From an uncultured bacterium (GTDB lineage: Bacteria > Muiribacteriota > Ozemobacteria > Ozemobacterales > Ozemobacteraceae), in NCBI GenBank assembly GCA_937949615.1, contig CALEDQ010000004.1, positions 326,326 through 390,325 of the forward strand: 64,000 nt of DNA. The letters run 5' to 3'. The position numbers were made by a program, and so were the translations under genes. The notes below the pieces were generated by a model, which saw only the letters and a list, made by a program, of their open reading frames with translations, was not told the DNA's origin and made no database searches. Positions 1 through 11,292 of the stretch are shown here, piece after piece. Every line of letters starts with the position of its first letter. Position 1 is the stretch's first letter.

Positions 1-2
1 CC

Positions 3-458
3 GGTTCGAAACTGGTTTTTCACGGTTCAGAACGCACCTGTGATTACCTGCGCGAAATCAACCGCAAGTTTCCGATCGAGGCTGAATTCAATATTTTCGA
101 AGACTGGAACGATTTTCTCATTCTGGCTCGCGACATAAAAGCCGACGACAACCTCATCATCGTCATGAGCCGCCGCAGAGGTCTCTCACACAACCCCGGC
201 ATGGAAAAGATCCCTTATTATCTAAACCGCTATTTCACCGGTAACAATTTCATTCTGGTTTACCCGATGCAGATCGGCGCTGATGAAAACCGCGAATTCG
301 ACATGGTCAGCCCGTCATTTCTCGAACCGCTGATGGAAAACTTCACCCGCCTCGACGAGCTGGGCCGCACGGTTGTGAAACTGTTCAGAAAATTCGACCA
401 CAAGCCCGGCAAAGCTGCCGGCAATAAACAACCCAAAGACCGCAAGCAAACAGATTAA
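3..458 (+). CDS. C-terminal fragment of a hypothetical protein; the ORF runs in from upstream of the window
   Basis: Frame 3 is open from base 3 to the stop at 458. No recognisable motif. Confidence 0.4.
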   Translation, partial: GSKLVFHGSERTCDYLREINRKFPIEAEFNIFEDWNDFLILARDIKADDNLIIVMSRRRGLSHNPGMEKIPYYLNRYFTGNNFILVYPMQIGADENREFDMVSPSFLEPLMENFTRLDELGRTVVKLFRKFDHKPGKAAGNKQPKDRKQTD

Positions 459-1339
459 AGCAGGCGTTTTACCATGCGCACCTGGTTGCCAGAGCCAAGA
501 AAAGTACATTCATCGAACTGCAGGCGGGCGAGCATGATACCGCGCCCATGGCATTTGATCAGGTTTTCGGGGTCGTTCGGATCAGGCAGATTGTTGAAGT
601 CGAAGCCCTCGCCCTGATCGGTAACCAGCCACTCACAGCGTTCACGGTTCAGCTTGAACTCGATCTGCACCTTGCGGTCGCAGTAGGGCTCGGCATGCAT
701 GCGTTCTTCGATTACCTGTTCGAGGCCATTCGGGCCCCGCTCGATCGCCAGACTCTTCTCGTTATAACCAATGCCAAGATTACCGTGTTCGATGGCATTT
801 ATGAGAATTTCCATCAGCCCAAGCCTGATGCCGAGGCGGTCTTTTGGCTCAAGTGCCGATTCGGTTTCGAGAAGCAGGCGATCGACAATCTTGCTCAGCA
901 GTTCAAGGCGGTTCGATATTTCCATGCTCAGCTCACACCTTGAAATACAGCCAAGCACCTCGCGGTGCAGAGTTCGATGTTTCAAAATATCGGCGTATTT
1001 GCTGATGATTTCCTGCAGGTCTTTCATGAGCGCCGGCTTGATCAGATAATCATTGGCTTTCAAGCGCAGGGCCTTCAGGGTATATTCAGGCGTATCGAGA
1101 GTGGTATTGATGATGACGAGAGCTTCGTTATCTATCTTACGCAGCTTTTCGAGCATTTCGAGACCGTTCATGACCGGCATCTGAATGTCGGCAAAAACAA
1201 TATCGGGCTTGAATGTATTGAATGCCTGCAGACCGGCCTTGCCGTCAGCGGCAGCCTGAGTTTCGTGGCCAAGGCCTTCAATGGCCATAACCATGAATTC
1301 TCTGGTGACTTCTTCATCTTCAACCACAAGAATTTTCAT
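455..1339 (-). CDS. Response-regulator receiver domain fused to an RsbW/SpoIIAB-like GHKL serine-kinase (HATPase_c_2) domain
   Basis: N-terminus [10 protein letters not shown]...DIVFADIQMPVMNGLE...DYLIKP is a canonical REC domain. The C-terminal EILINAIEHGN...DQGEGF region matches an anti-sigma-factor-type ATPase. Confidence 0.7.
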   Translation of the reverse strand: MKILVVEDEEVTREFMVMAIEGLGHETQAAADGKAGLQAFNTFKPDIVFADIQMPVMNGLEMLEKLRKIDNEALVIINTTLDTPEYTLKALRLKANDYLIKPALMKDLQEIISKYADILKHRTLHREVLGCISRCELSMEISNRLELLSKIVDRLLLETESALEPKDRLGIRLGLMEILINAIEHGNLGIGYNEKSLAIERGPNGLEQVIEERMHAEPYCDRKVQIEFKLNRERCEWLVTDQGEGFDFNNLPDPNDPENLIKCHGRGIMLARLQFDECTFLGSGNQVRMVKRLL

Positions 1340-2477
1340 GGGTGTCTCCTGCAGAACCGAGAGTAAAAATCAGCGTGGTTCCGTCTTTTTCATTCGAAAT
1401 GAACGATAGATTGCCGCCGAGAGTCAATGCCATGATTCTGGCAGAATAGGTACCGAGGCCTGAACCGCGGTCTTTTCCGAAAGTTACGTAGCGTTCGAAA
1501 AATCGGTCGCGGATCTTATCCGGAATACAACCGCTGTTATGAATTTTCACCATCATTTCAGGGCCGTGGCTGAGGCTGACTTTAACATGGCCACCGTCAG
1601 GCGAAGCTTCGATGGCGTTCTTAACCAGATTCGAGAAGATTGAAGAAAACAGCAGCTCTTCGCCATTCATCTCGAATACATCGCTGTCATGCGGCTCGCG
1701 TTCATCGACGAGAATCCTGCAGATGACAGCACGGCTTGCGGCCAGCCCTGAACATTCACGCAAAACTTCGCGCAGAACTCTGAGAACATCCACAGTCGCA
1801 GGCTTAAGTTCGTAATTGCCCTGTTCCATTTTGTAAAGATCGAGCGAATGGTGGATCATTTCCATCAACCGCCGGGTAGTTCTGGTCTGCAGGGCAAGAA
1901 TATTCTGCTGCGCCTGATTGAGTGGCCCGGCTGCCACCAACATCTCAGGCGCATTCATGAAAACGGTCATCGGCCCTTTGAGATCGTGACGGGCAATGCG
2001 TTCGATATCTTCGCGCAGTCTGATGTTTTCCTGAAGAATACTGTTCTGCTTTTCGAGCTGCCGCATCGCCGATGTCAGGCTCAGATGGGTTCTGACACGG
2101 GCTCTGACAATAGGCGGGCTGACCGGTTTAACGATATAATCGACCGCCCCGAGAGCAAAACCGTTCACTTCGTCGATTTCCTCGTCACGGGCCGAAACAA
2201 ATATAACCGGAATTCTGGCGGTATGCGGGCTGCCTTTGAGGCGACGACAGACTTCGCTGCCGTCCATTTCTGGCATGACAATATCGAGCAGAATCAGATC
2301 AGGTGGGTTGGGCCCGCCTGCAAGCTGCAATGCTTTCAGGCCGGTCATGGCCATGATTACATCGTATTCAGGCCGCAGAATGCTGCCAAGAATCTCGATA
2401 TTATCGATGATGTCGTCTACAACGAGTATTCTTGGCTTTGTCTGATTTTCCATGTTTCTCTTTCCATGATTATTCAT
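1320..2477 (-). CDS. Hybrid REC-histidine kinase (REC + HisKA + HATPase_c)
   Basis: [11 protein letters not shown]...[11 protein letters not shown]...DYIVKP is a REC domain. [12 protein letters not shown] is an H-box. [10 protein letters not shown]...[13 protein letters not shown] matches the N/G boxes. It overlaps the neighbouring genes by 20 nt and 8 nt. Confidence 0.8.
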   Translation of the reverse strand: MNNHGKRNMENQTKPRILVVDDIIDNIEILGSILRPEYDVIMAMTGLKALQLAGGPNPPDLILLDIVMPEMDGSEVCRRLKGSPHTARIPVIFVSARDEEIDEVNGFALGAVDYIVKPVSPPIVRARVRTHLSLTSAMRQLEKQNSILQENIRLREDIERIARHDLKGPMTVFMNAPEMLVAAGPLNQAQQNILALQTRTTRRLMEMIHHSLDLYKMEQGNYELKPATVDVLRVLREVLRECSGLAASRAVICRILVDEREPHDSDVFEMNGEELLFSSIFSNLVKNAIEASPDGGHVKVSLSHGPEMMVKIHNSGCIPDKIRDRFFERYVTFGKDRGSGLGTYSARIMALTLGGNLSFISNEKDGTTLIFTLGSAGDTHENSCG

Positions 2478-5400
2478 CGGCCTCGATATCGATCTGCAGC
2501 CGGGCGGCCAGCTTTGTCAAAGGCTCAACAGCCTGATCGAACTCGCCAATTCTGATGGCCTTTTCCAGAAGCGAGAATTCTTCCTGACTACAGACAGATC
2601 GTAATTCTTCAGTGAGATTCTTATAATATTCTATCAGCTCAATGCTGCTTTGTTTAAGAAGTTTTATCAAAATCGGCAACTCTTTATTCAGTTTCTGGGA
2701 AATCTGCGGCGCAGACTGCCCGTCAAACTCGCCGGCAGCCGGTTGTTCTGCCGGCAAAGACACTCTGATAGCCGATATGACCGAGCTGAGTCGCGCCGCG
2801 AAGTTCTTCATTTCATTTTCAATCTGAGGCGCAGGCCGTGCTTCCTTGATGCAGCGTTCGAGAGTCTGGGCCTGAGTAAAGACTTCGGTCGCTCCAAGAT
2901 TGCCAGAAACGCCCTTGATGGCATGCACAAGCTGAGCCGCTCTGGTTGTGTCACCCTGTTCGAGCAACTGGGCGATTCTGGTGGAAACATTCGCCTGCTC
3001 TTCGACAAACCGCCGCAGCAGTTTGATATAGAGCGAAAAATTGCCCATCACCCGGCGCATGCCCGAAACGACGTCGAGTCCATCGATTCTGAAGTTTTCA
3101 GGGCTGCCCGCTGCGGTCAGCACATCTATCGACTGCGTCTTCGGAATATGCTGATCAGGACGACAGAAGCGTCTGATTGTCTGAAAAAGATCCTCAGGGT
3201 TGATCGGCTTGACGATGTGCGCATTCATGCCCGACTGCAGACAGCGATCGCGCGCATCGCTCATCGCGTGAGCGGTCATTGCGACAATCGGCAGATCGGC
3301 AAACCTCGCATCGGCTCTGATCATGCGGGTCGCATCAAGACCGTCCATGTGAGGCATCTGCACGTCCATCAGAACAATATCCCACGAAACATCAGCGGCC
3401 ATGATCTCTTCGACTGCCTGACAGCCATCGTTGGCAATGCGCACCGAACAGCCGGCCTGCTGCAGAAGCTCGAGCGCGATTTCCTGGTTGATCAGGTTGT
3501 CTTCGGCGAGCAGAACCCTGACGCCGTAGAGCTGGTTTTTCCAGTCGTGCTCTTCGAAATGCTTGATCCCCTGGCGGCGCAGCAGTGGGGCAAAAATGCC
3601 GATTACCGTGTTCATCATATCAGACGGGGTTATCGGAGCCATGATCACGTCGTCGGCAACCGTGCTGCGAATGGTTTTATCATTGCAGAGCGCCGAAAAT
3701 TCATCACGGTGGGCAACCAGCACCACCGCCGGGCGTTTTTTCAGAGCGGGGTCGTTGCGAATGCTGCGCGCCAGTTCGACACCATCCATATCAGGCAGTT
3801 TGACATATATGAAAACCAGGTCGCAGATCTGTTCTTCAGGCTGAGTTTTAAGCATTGCCAACAGCTCACGCCCCGAAGGCACAAGCCTGACCGAAGCGGA
3901 AGACATTTCGAGATGTGCCATGAGACCGCGCCACGGCAATACCCGGCTGTCGGTAATGATGAATCGGCGACCACTGAGAACCTCCGATACCGGCTGGGCT
4001 TTCGTAATTTCAACCCCGAACCAGGCCGAGAAAAAGAAACGGCTGCCGCAGCCAGACTCTGATTCGACTTCGAGCTGACCACCCATGGCGTTTGCCAGCT
4101 TGCGCGAAATGCTCAGGCCAAGCCCGGTGCCGCCATATTTACGCGTTGTCGAGCCATCAGCCTGCGAAAAATCTTCGAAAATACGCTTCTGCTGTTCTGT
4201 CGAAAGGCCAATGCCGGTATCGCGCACCGAAAATTCAAGTTTGACCTGTGACTCAATTTTTTCAAGCAGAGAGACTCTAACCTCGATCTCGCCGCGTTCG
4301 GTGAATTTGAAAGCGTTCGAAACGAGATTGGTCAGAATCTGACCCAGACGATGCGGGTCACCGATTAAATTTTCTGGAACATCTGGCGGAATCATGAAGA
4401 AAAAATAGATTTCCTTGCCATTACCACCTGTCGAAACGACGTTAGCAAGATCGCTCATCACTTCGTCGAGAATAAAGCTGGTATTTTCGATGCTGAGTTT
4501 GCCGGCTTCGATCTTTGAAAAATCGAGAATGTCGTTGATCAGCTCAAGAACCTTGTTGCCCGAAACGAGAATTTTGTTGAGATATTCATGCATTTTGTCG
4601 GGCATGCCAGATTTCAGCGCCAGATGCGAATACCCGATTACCGCATTCATCGGGGTTCTGATCTCATGACTCATATTGGCAAGGAACTGACTTTTGGCAA
4701 TACTGGCGGTTTCGGCGGCTTTTTTTGCCTCTTCGAGCGCCTTCTGGGTATTCAGGCTCTCGGTGATATCTTCTTTGACGGCGATAAAATGGGCAATCCG
4801 GCCTTCAGCATCGATAACCGGCGAGATGTTGGCCGATTCCCAGTACAGCTCGCCCGTCTTGCGCCGGTTACAGAAGCGACCGGTCCAGCTTTTTCCGCTG
4901 AGAATCGTCTGCCACATGTCGTGATAATACTCTGACGAATGGACCCGTGAATTGACGATGCGCGGCGTCTGACCGATCGCCTCATCACGGCTGTAGCCAC
5001 TGCTTTTGCAGAATGAACTGTTAACATACTCGATCACGCCATCGGCATCGGTTATGACCACCATATTGGCACTGTTTTCGATAGCGCGCGACAGCAGTTT
5101 CATGCCGTGCATCGAGTCGGCGAGCTCATTCAGGGTCTGCTGGCGGCCGTAGAGAGCAAAAGCGAATATCGAAAGCACAACGCTGAGAACAAAACTGCTG
5201 ACCAGCACGAAGGCCGAATCAAAACGCTGCATCGATTCTTCGTAAGCCGGCAGCGAGAAAAATCTGGCATGCAGAAACCGGCCGCAGATATCGACCGTAG
5301 AAGTTGCGACAAAGCGTGATCGGCGACAACTGCCAATACCAAGGCTGGTTGAATCACACACCAGCGTTTCGGCAGTTTCTGAGGCGTTGTCATACAGCTG

Positions 5401-6192
5401 AACGCCGATCTCGTCTTTGTAAGTGCCAAGAACTGAGCTGACGTATTCAACAAGACAAACCGGACTGATAACCATGCCAAACAACTGCCGGGTCGCCGAC
5501 GCCTGGTCTTCTGGATTCAACCTTCTGAAAACCGGAAAAACTCTGAGAAAGCCGGTTTTAGTCTCAGCCATCGCGGTACTCTCTATCAGATTTATCCGAC
5601 CTGAAATTGCTGAGTTACCGGTTTTTAAAGCTTCCTCGACTGCCTGCCGCCGAACCGGATCAGACAAAAGATCATAACCAAGAACCTTGTCGATCTGAGT
5701 GTTTTGTGGTGAAACCATAGCCACCGGCAGATACTTCTCTCTTTTGCCGGCCGGCATTATTTTCAAAGATGACGATGCGAGAATCATTGTTTCTGTGCCG
5801 GTCTGAAGCAAGTCGTCACCGGTTATAAACGGAGCGAAGCCGATCGCGTAAACCCCGGGGTAAAATCGCTGCACCTGCAGAGAGTCGATAAAAGAATCCC
5901 ATTCCTGACTGGTCACTTCTGTCGATGCCCCAAACAAAGCGGCACAACCGCGCAGCAGTGCATCGTGCCCATTTGAAACGGCAGCCAGTCGGTTCTGAAA
6001 CTCACGCACTGATGAGTTGAACTGAAGCCTGTCACGATCGGAATCATGGGTCGTCACTTCCCGCCAGACCCATACGGAAGCAACGAACGACACGATCAGA
6101 ACCAGCCATGGGATTAACCAGCCTGCGGTTTTTTGCCCCGCGCCATGCCTTTTGAGCGCCGAAGCATCGCCAGTCGATGGCTTCTGATCCAT
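2470..6192 (-). CDS. Large hybrid sensor histidine kinase: TM, CHASE, PAS, HisKA, HATPase_c, pseudo-REC, REC, Hpt
   Basis: N-terminal TM segment followed by a CHASE-like periplasmic region. PAS: [15 protein letters not shown]-box: [12 protein letters not shown]-boxes: DTGIGL / [12 protein letters not shown]: [12 protein letters not shown]...[11 protein letters not shown]...IVKP. Hpt: [12 protein letters not shown]. Confidence 0.85.
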   Translation of the reverse strand: MDQKPSTGDASALKRHGAGQKTAGWLIPWLVLIVSFVASVWVWREVTTHDSDRDRLQFNSSVREFQNRLAAVSNGHDALLRGCAALFGASTEVTSQEWDSFIDSLQVQRFYPGVYAIGFAPFITGDDLLQTGTETMILASSSLKIMPAGKREKYLPVAMVSPQNTQIDKVLGYDLLSDPVRRQAVEEALKTGNSAISGRINLIESTAMAETKTGFLRVFPVFRRLNPEDQASATRQLFGMVISPVCLVEYVSSVLGTYKDEIGVQLYDNASETAETLVCDSTSLGIGSCRRSRFVATSTVDICGRFLHARFFSLPAYEESMQRFDSAFVLVSSFVLSVVLSIFAFALYGRQQTLNELADSMHGMKLLSRAIENSANMVVITDADGVIEYVNSSFCKSSGYSRDEAIGQTPRIVNSRVHSSEYYHDMWQTILSGKSWTGRFCNRRKTGELYWESANISPVIDAEGRIAHFIAVKEDITESLNTQKALEEAKKAAETASIAKSQFLANMSHEIRTPMNAVIGYSHLALKSGMPDKMHEYLNKILVSGNKVLELINDILDFSKIEAGKLSIENTSFILDEVMSDLANVVSTGGNGKEIYFFFMIPPDVPENLIGDPHRLGQILTNLVSNAFKFTERGEIEVRVSLLEKIESQVKLEFSVRDTGIGLSTEQQKRIFEDFSQADGSTTRKYGGTGLGLSISRKLANAMGGQLEVESESGCGSRFFFSAWFGVEITKAQPVSEVLSGRRFIITDSRVLPWRGLMAHLEMSSASVRLVPSGRELLAMLKTQPEEQICDLVFIYVKLPDMDGVELARSIRNDPALKKRPAVVLVAHRDEFSALCNDKTIRSTVADDVIMAPITPSDMMNTVIGIFAPLLRRQGIKHFEEHDWKNQLYGVRVLLAEDNLINQEIALELLQQAGCSVRIANDGCQAVEEIMAADVSWDIVLMDVQMPHMDGLDATRMIRADARFADLPIVAMTAHAMSDARDRCLQSGMNAHIVKPINPEDLFQTIRRFCRPDQHIPKTQSIDVLTAAGSPENFRIDGLDVVSGMRRVMGNFSLYIKLLRRFVEEQANVSTRIAQLLEQGDTTRAAQLVHAIKGVSGNLGATEVFTQAQTLERCIKEARPAPQIENEMKNFAARLSSVISAIRVSLPAEQPAAGEFDGQSAPQISQKLNKELPILIKLLKQSSIELIEYYKNLTEELRSVCSQEEFSLLEKAIRIGEFDQAVEPLTKLAARLQIDIEADE

Positions 6193-6412
6193 TTCTCACC
6201 TCTTCGCCAGTCTTCCAAAGCTCAGGTCTGCCATGCAGTCAGATCGCCGGACGACTTGTACACTTCAGACACCAATTTTTACTATTTAAGTATAGCATGC
6301 CGAAAGTCTCATGCACCACAACACATTAAATGCTCCAGCCACAACCATCGGTCACCACTTGTAAAAAAGCATTTTTTACGGATACAATGATAAAAATATC
6401 CTTAAACGAGGT

Positions 6413-7810
6413 ATGCAGGTGAAACAATTCAGAATTTTCCTTGGCGTTCTTTTCATGTTTTTTGTTTTGTCAGCTGTTAATGCTCAGGACAGTGGTGAAA
6501 AAGATCTCCGTTGGGCTAAAAGCCTTATGGAAAAAGGCGATTATGCCTATGCCATCGAAAAATTCGAAGATATTGCCCGTTCTGAATACAATTCCGGGCG
6601 CATCAGAAAAGAAGCCCTGTATTTTGCCGGCTACTGTCATGTTAAAAACAACGACCCCTGGCAGGCCGTAAGAGTGTTCGAACGCTTTCTCGAAAAATAT
6701 GACGACGGCATTTCTTCAGAACTGATTCCTGATGCTCTTTACGTGCTCGGCAGGGTCTATGAAGAAACCAGCGACCAGCGCAATGCAATAAAAGTTTATC
6801 AGCGCTGTGCCAAAAACTACCCAGGCAATTCCTTCGCCCGTAAATCAAAGGACCGCCTGAAAGAACTCGGTGGCGGCAGCAATACCGACCCATTCGACGA
6901 TGGTCAGCCGGGCGGCTACGATCCAGAACCTGGCCACGGGCATGACAACGACCATGGGCACCCCGGCAGCGCTTCTGGTATTTCCAGAGAAATCCGCCAG
7001 CTGCTGAAAACTGCCGAAACCATCAGTAACTCATATACCCGCGACCAGATGCTGCTTGAAGGTGCCGACCAGGCCCGCACCGGTGATGATTTTGTCGCCA
7101 TCGCAAAAGCGATAAGCAATGACTTCACCCGCAGTCAGATTTTCGACAAGGTTCGTGCCAACAAGAATTACCAGCGCTTCACCGCGGCCAGCATGGTCGA
7201 ACTTGCAGGTTTTATCAATAACAGCTACCTGAAAGATCAGTTTCTCGTTAACCTGGCCGGCGACTTCGCCAGACGCGACTACGTCAGCAACTACGACTTC
7301 GTCGAGTTCTCGGCAGCCATGAACAATGACGCAATGCGCCAGCAGCTGTTTGACGCCGTTACCGGCAGTACCGCCTTCAAATTCATGAATGCCAGAACGG
7401 TGGCTGATCTGGCCAATACCTGTAAAAACGCCTATATCCATGACCAGCTGCTGGTAACCGCTGCCCAGAAGAACGGCTATTCGCGCCACGAACTTCTCAT
7501 TCTCGCCGATGCCTGCACCAATTCGTTCAATAAAACACAGATTCTCTCAATGTCAGGCAGCAGCTCCGGTCACTATCGTCGCAATGCGACAGCAGTTTCC
7601 GAAGCTTCCGATCCGTTTGCCGGCTTCACTTTCGACAAAGGCAGAATCAACAGAATCAACGATTTCATCAGCGCTGTGGAAAGCAGAAAGCTGGTCGGCG
7701 ACAAAGCAAGACTGCTTCAGAAAGACGATCTGCGCGTCAAAACCGTTGGCGAATACCTCGAAAAATATCGCCAGATGCAGAAATTCGACAACCTGCATCA
7801 GCAGAAATAA
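6413..7810 (+). CDS. Secreted TPR-containing protein with six C-terminal ~34-aa tandem repeats
   Basis: Signal peptide MQVKQFRIFLGVLFMFFVLSAVNAQ. TPR-like helices in the N-terminal half. Repeats fit xxNx(Y/F)xRxQ(L/I)(L/F): SNSYTRDQMLL, SNDFTRSQIFD, NNSYLKDQFLV, NNDAMRQQLFD, KNAYIHDQLLV, TNSFNKTQILS. Confidence 0.6.
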   Translation: MQVKQFRIFLGVLFMFFVLSAVNAQDSGEKDLRWAKSLMEKGDYAYAIEKFEDIARSEYNSGRIRKEALYFAGYCHVKNNDPWQAVRVFERFLEKYDDGISSELIPDALYVLGRVYEETSDQRNAIKVYQRCAKNYPGNSFARKSKDRLKELGGGSNTDPFDDGQPGGYDPEPGHGHDNDHGHPGSASGISREIRQLLKTAETISNSYTRDQMLLEGADQARTGDDFVAIAKAISNDFTRSQIFDKVRANKNYQRFTAASMVELAGFINNSYLKDQFLVNLAGDFARRDYVSNYDFVEFSAAMNNDAMRQQLFDAVTGSTAFKFMNARTVADLANTCKNAYIHDQLLVTAAQKNGYSRHELLILADACTNSFNKTQILSMSGSSSGHYRRNATAVSEASDPFAGFTFDKGRINRINDFISAVESRKLVGDKARLLQKDDLRVKTVGEYLEKYRQMQKFDNLHQQK

Positions 7811-7815
7811 GCCTA

Positions 7816-7860
7816 AAAGCAAAAGCCGGTCAGCAGATTGCTGACCGGCTTTTGCTTTTA
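7816..7860. terminator. Bidirectional rho-independent terminator between convergent genes
   Basis: GCAAAAGCCGGTCAGCA-gat-TGCTGACCGGCTTTTGC is a perfect hairpin, flanked by A/T runs. Confidence 0.8.
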
Positions 7861-7898
7861 GACTGCTTAAAGTGGATTTAACCTCAGAATCAGGGCGA

Positions 7899-9353
7899 TT
7901 ATTTATCGCGACGGATAATGTGATAACCGAACGGACTTTTTACCACACCTGAAATTTCGCCCACCTTCAGCGCATAAGCGGCATCTTCGAACTCTTTTGC
8001 CATCATACCCCGGCCAAATTCGCCAAGGGAACCGGCGGCCGACTTACCGCTCGGGCAATCGGAGTTTTCAGCGGCAATTTTGCCGAATTCCTCGCCCTTT
8101 TTGATGCGGGCAAGCAGTTCTTCAGCCAGCTTTTTCGCCTCTTCGTCGCTTCTCGTCGCCTCGCTGCGCTCAGCGCCCTTGTAAGCAAGAAGAATGTGGC
8201 TGGCGGAAACCTTGTCGCTGATCGCGGCAGCCACGCTGGCCACTTCGGCAGTGCCCGAAGCATTGGCAGGCGGTGCCGGTTTCGGTTTCGCTTCGCTGAG
8301 GTCAGCAGCCCTGAGCATCAGCGGCTTAACCCTGTGTTCCTGCAGAGTATAAAGCATTTTTTTCGCATTGGCAGACAGTTCATCAGCAAGAGAACGAACT
8401 GCGGCATCTGAACCTGCGTATTCAGCACCGAGCCACAGCAAATGCATTTTGCCTTTGCCCGGTATTTCGACTGAACCTGAACTGATCAGCATCTGAAGTT
8501 TCAGACCGTCGAAGCTTTCGACAGTTAACGCCAGGCGGTCTGCGAGATCTTTATGCATTTCGGGGCTGTCGGTTGCGATGACATCATCGAAAGTCAGATT
8601 GGCAAAGAAGTTCTGCAGCGCAGGCAGAGCCGACTGTTTTGTCTGCATATCTTCGGCAAGGCCGCTCAAAACCAGACTGTCAGTGGCAACAGCACGTGAC
8701 AGACTGAATTCTTCATTACTGCCTGAGTATTTCCAGGCGAGCCGCTTCAGTTTGTCAGCACTGATTTTTACCAGTTCTTTGCTCAACCAGTTTTTCTGGT
8801 CTTTATCGAGCCAGATAAAGCTCGACAGCAGATAAACATAGTCTGAGCCACCAAAGCGAAAATACTGACCATCGTTGCCAAAACCCTGGCTGCCGTCAAC
8901 TGATTTTGCCTGACGGCCCTTGCCCAGATATAATTCTCTGATAGTCGCATCGGCACTATCTTTGAGAGTGATCAGAGCACTGTCGTTACCGACAACAGGC
9001 GCATCGGCCGCCAGTGAAGCGACGCCGAGATCGGCATGGCGCTGCGGATTGCCGCTGACGCTTTCAACAACTTTTGCAGCGTTAACCCGTTGAAAAAATT
9101 CTTCCAGACGGTTTGCATCGACACGCATGTTGTGCAAAGCCGGCAGACGCCAGACGCCATTGACTTTTTTCAGTTCAATCTGCCCCTGGTCCGTCTTGAA
9201 TACCATACCAGACATGCCATCGATATCGGCAGCTTCAACCAGGCTTTTGCCGATAAACGGGTCAGGAGCCACGCCAGGCTTGCTGCCATGCTGCAGCGCA
9301 AACGCCACAGCCACAAGCACAATGGCAATCAGCAATAATTTCAGGTTTTTCAC
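7899..9353 (-). CDS. DUF4340-like periplasmic protein fused to a C-terminal PpiC-type (parvulin) peptidyl-prolyl isomerase domain
   Basis: N-terminal signal/TM MKNLKLLLIAIVLVAVAF. It sits immediately 3' of the GldG-like gene, the typical DUF4340 position. C-terminus HILLAYKGAERSE...GSLGEFGRGMMAKEFEDAAY...SPFGYHII is a rotamase/parvulin signature. Confidence 0.65.
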   Translation of the reverse strand: MKNLKLLLIAIVLVAVAFALQHGSKPGVAPDPFIGKSLVEAADIDGMSGMVFKTDQGQIELKKVNGVWRLPALHNMRVDANRLEEFFQRVNAAKVVESVSGNPQRHADLGVASLAADAPVVGNDSALITLKDSADATIRELYLGKGRQAKSVDGSQGFGNDGQYFRFGGSDYVYLLSSFIWLDKDQKNWLSKELVKISADKLKRLAWKYSGSNEEFSLSRAVATDSLVLSGLAEDMQTKQSALPALQNFFANLTFDDVIATDSPEMHKDLADRLALTVESFDGLKLQMLISSGSVEIPGKGKMHLLWLGAEYAGSDAAVRSLADELSANAKKMLYTLQEHRVKPLMLRAADLSEAKPKPAPPANASGTAEVASVAAAISDKVSASHILLAYKGAERSEATRSDEEAKKLAEELLARIKKGEEFGKIAAENSDCPSGKSAAGSLGEFGRGMMAKEFEDAAYALKVGEISGVVKSPFGYHIIRRDK

Positions 9354-11281
9354 AGCATTGACCTCCTGGTATTCTGTCTGAAATAGATGAAACTGCCGAG
9401 AAGCATCACGAGAACTGGCATCAGCAGAAGATTAACGAAAGTAACCCGGGCACCGAGGCTTTCGATATCCTGGCGCAGCAGTTTGCGTATTTCACGGCGC
9501 CGGCGCATGGTTTCAGACTGCTCGGCACGGGCCCGCTCGACTTCACCGCGCTGTTCGGCGCTCAGAATCAGGCGTTCGCCATCTTTTTTCTGAGACTGCA
9601 GCTGGTTGATACGGTTCTGAATCTCTTCGAGCTTGCGGGTCAGGGTGATTTCCTCTTCCTGCCACTTTTTCTGGGCTTCGCGCTCGATCTCTTCGACTCT
9701 GGTGAACGAGCGGTTCGAGCGGTTGCGCGAGCGCACCGCGATCAGGTCAGATGAACCGGCGAGCAGATCGACCGAGTTGGCGACGAAAGCCAGGTTGTCG
9801 TTGAGCGGCTGCAGCAGCAGACTGCCGAAAAAGTTGACCGCTCTGACCGAATAATCGTTCTGCAGCAGGTCGGTATCGGCGACGACCATGACCGAAACAG
9901 GTGAAGAAGCTTTGGCAACATGCTTTGTCTTAAGATCGGCATGGCGCGCTTCTCTGGCTTTTTTCGCATCTTCTGTCTCACCCTCGGGAGCAGTAACAGC
10001 CGGCGGTTCTGTAAAAGCCGAGGCGAACTGCCCTCTGATCATCGCGGCAAGCGTTTTCTGACTGCCGGTTGCCGGCAGGCTGCGCACGATCTCGTCAGGA
10101 ACCGTCATCGCCTTCATGATATCGGTTTCGTTACCGGCGGCTGTGGTCTGCAGAATGTTGGTGAATTCATAAGTCGAACCCTGAGCCTTGCTTATAAAAC
10201 CGGAGTTGACGAGCAGCATGGCATTCAGTTTGCCGCTGACAGCAGCTTCACGATTGAACGATTCACCTCTGATACTCAGCCACAGCGGGTGATTGCCAAG
10301 ACCCTGCGGGCCCATGTTGACCTGAGTGGCAGAGTTGACGTCGGCGGCAAGTTTCTGCGGGTTGTAATCGACGCCCCAGGCTTTGAACAGCGCCGGAACG
10401 TCAGACGAACGGTTCATCATGCCCATGAACGGATTGGCGGCGGCCTGCTGATTGTCGGCCATCGCTGCCGGGTCGACCATGACAATCGCCCGCCCGCCCT
10501 TGACGACAAACTGGTCGATTGCATAAACCGTTGATTCCGGCAGATTTTTCGGGTGAATGACCATCAGCAGATTGATTTCGGGGCTGATCGTGTCGCTGTT
10601 CTCTTCGACTTTGCGGATGTCAAAATTCTTGCGCAGCTCTTTGACAAAGAGCCAGTCGTCGGGCTGCCCCGGCTGCGGCGCCATAAACGGCATACTGTCG
10701 GCTCTGAGAACCGGCAGCGACGAAAGAATGCCGATCACCGGCTTTTTCGCCGCCGAAACCTGCACGATAGCACGGGTGATATCGTATTCAAGAAATTCTT
10801 CGCGGTCGACTGCAAAGAACGGAATCACCTCTTCCTTATCAGCGGCCATGGCCACCATGCCAAGATAGAATTTTTCACCGGTCGGCAGACCGGCAGCGGC
10901 AAGACCGTATTTGACCGCCCATTCTTCGACATCGGTATCAGGCTGCGGGTCGAGAACTTCGAGCTCGAGCCGGCCACCGCTGGCAGACACGTATTCGCCG
11001 AGAAATTCCTCTACCCTTTTCCCATACTGTTTATAGAGAAAAGGCACATTGGCCATCGAGCGTGAAAAATAAAATTTGAGACGGGTTTTGTCATTGAGTT
11101 TACCGAGCACCGCCCGGGTGCCTTCAGAAAGGGTGAACAGCTTTTCGGCGGTCAGGTCGGCACGCAGAACCGCAAAGCCAGCAATAAAATTCACCGCGAT
11201 GAGAATTACGCCGAACAGCAGCACTGAAGCCAGTGAAGCCGCAATGCCGCCAATTTTTGTATTATTAGTATTGCTCGTCAT
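9350..11281 (-). CDS. GldG-like auxiliary component of an ABC-2 transporter (ABC_transp_aux family)
   Basis: N-terminal TM followed by ADLTAEKLFTLSEGT, a GldG hallmark. Also has a C-terminal TM. Operon with the ABC-2 permease and ATPase; gene overlaps are present. Confidence 0.7.
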   Translation of the reverse strand: MTSNTNNTKIGGIAASLASVLLFGVILIAVNFIAGFAVLRADLTAEKLFTLSEGTRAVLGKLNDKTRLKFYFSRSMANVPFLYKQYGKRVEEFLGEYVSASGGRLELEVLDPQPDTDVEEWAVKYGLAAAGLPTGEKFYLGMVAMAADKEEVIPFFAVDREEFLEYDITRAIVQVSAAKKPVIGILSSLPVLRADSMPFMAPQPGQPDDWLFVKELRKNFDIRKVEENSDTISPEINLLMVIHPKNLPESTVYAIDQFVVKGGRAIVMVDPAAMADNQQAAANPFMGMMNRSSDVPALFKAWGVDYNPQKLAADVNSATQVNMGPQGLGNHPLWLSIRGESFNREAAVSGKLNAMLLVNSGFISKAQGSTYEFTNILQTTAAGNETDIMKAMTVPDEIVRSLPATGSQKTLAAMIRGQFASAFTEPPAVTAPEGETEDAKKAREARHADLKTKHVAKASSPVSVMVVADTDLLQNDYSVRAVNFFGSLLLQPLNDNLAFVANSVDLLAGSSDLIAVRSRNRSNRSFTRVEEIEREAQKKWQEEEITLTRKLEEIQNRINQLQSQKKDGERLILSAEQRGEVERARAEQSETMRRRREIRKLLRQDIESLGARVTFVNLLLMPVLVMLLGSFIYFRQNTRRSML

Positions 11282-11292
11282 TGTCTGCCTCC

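Noticed and set aside
2650-4062. 470-aa ORF on the plus strand
   Set aside because: It lies entirely antisense to the 1240-aa sensor kinase gene, which has clear HisKA/HATPase/REC motifs, and has no motifs of its own. It is a shadow ORF.
7031-7489. 152-aa minus-strand ORF
   Set aside because: It sits inside the TPR/repeat protein gene on the opposite strand. Its composition reflects the antisense of the repeat region.
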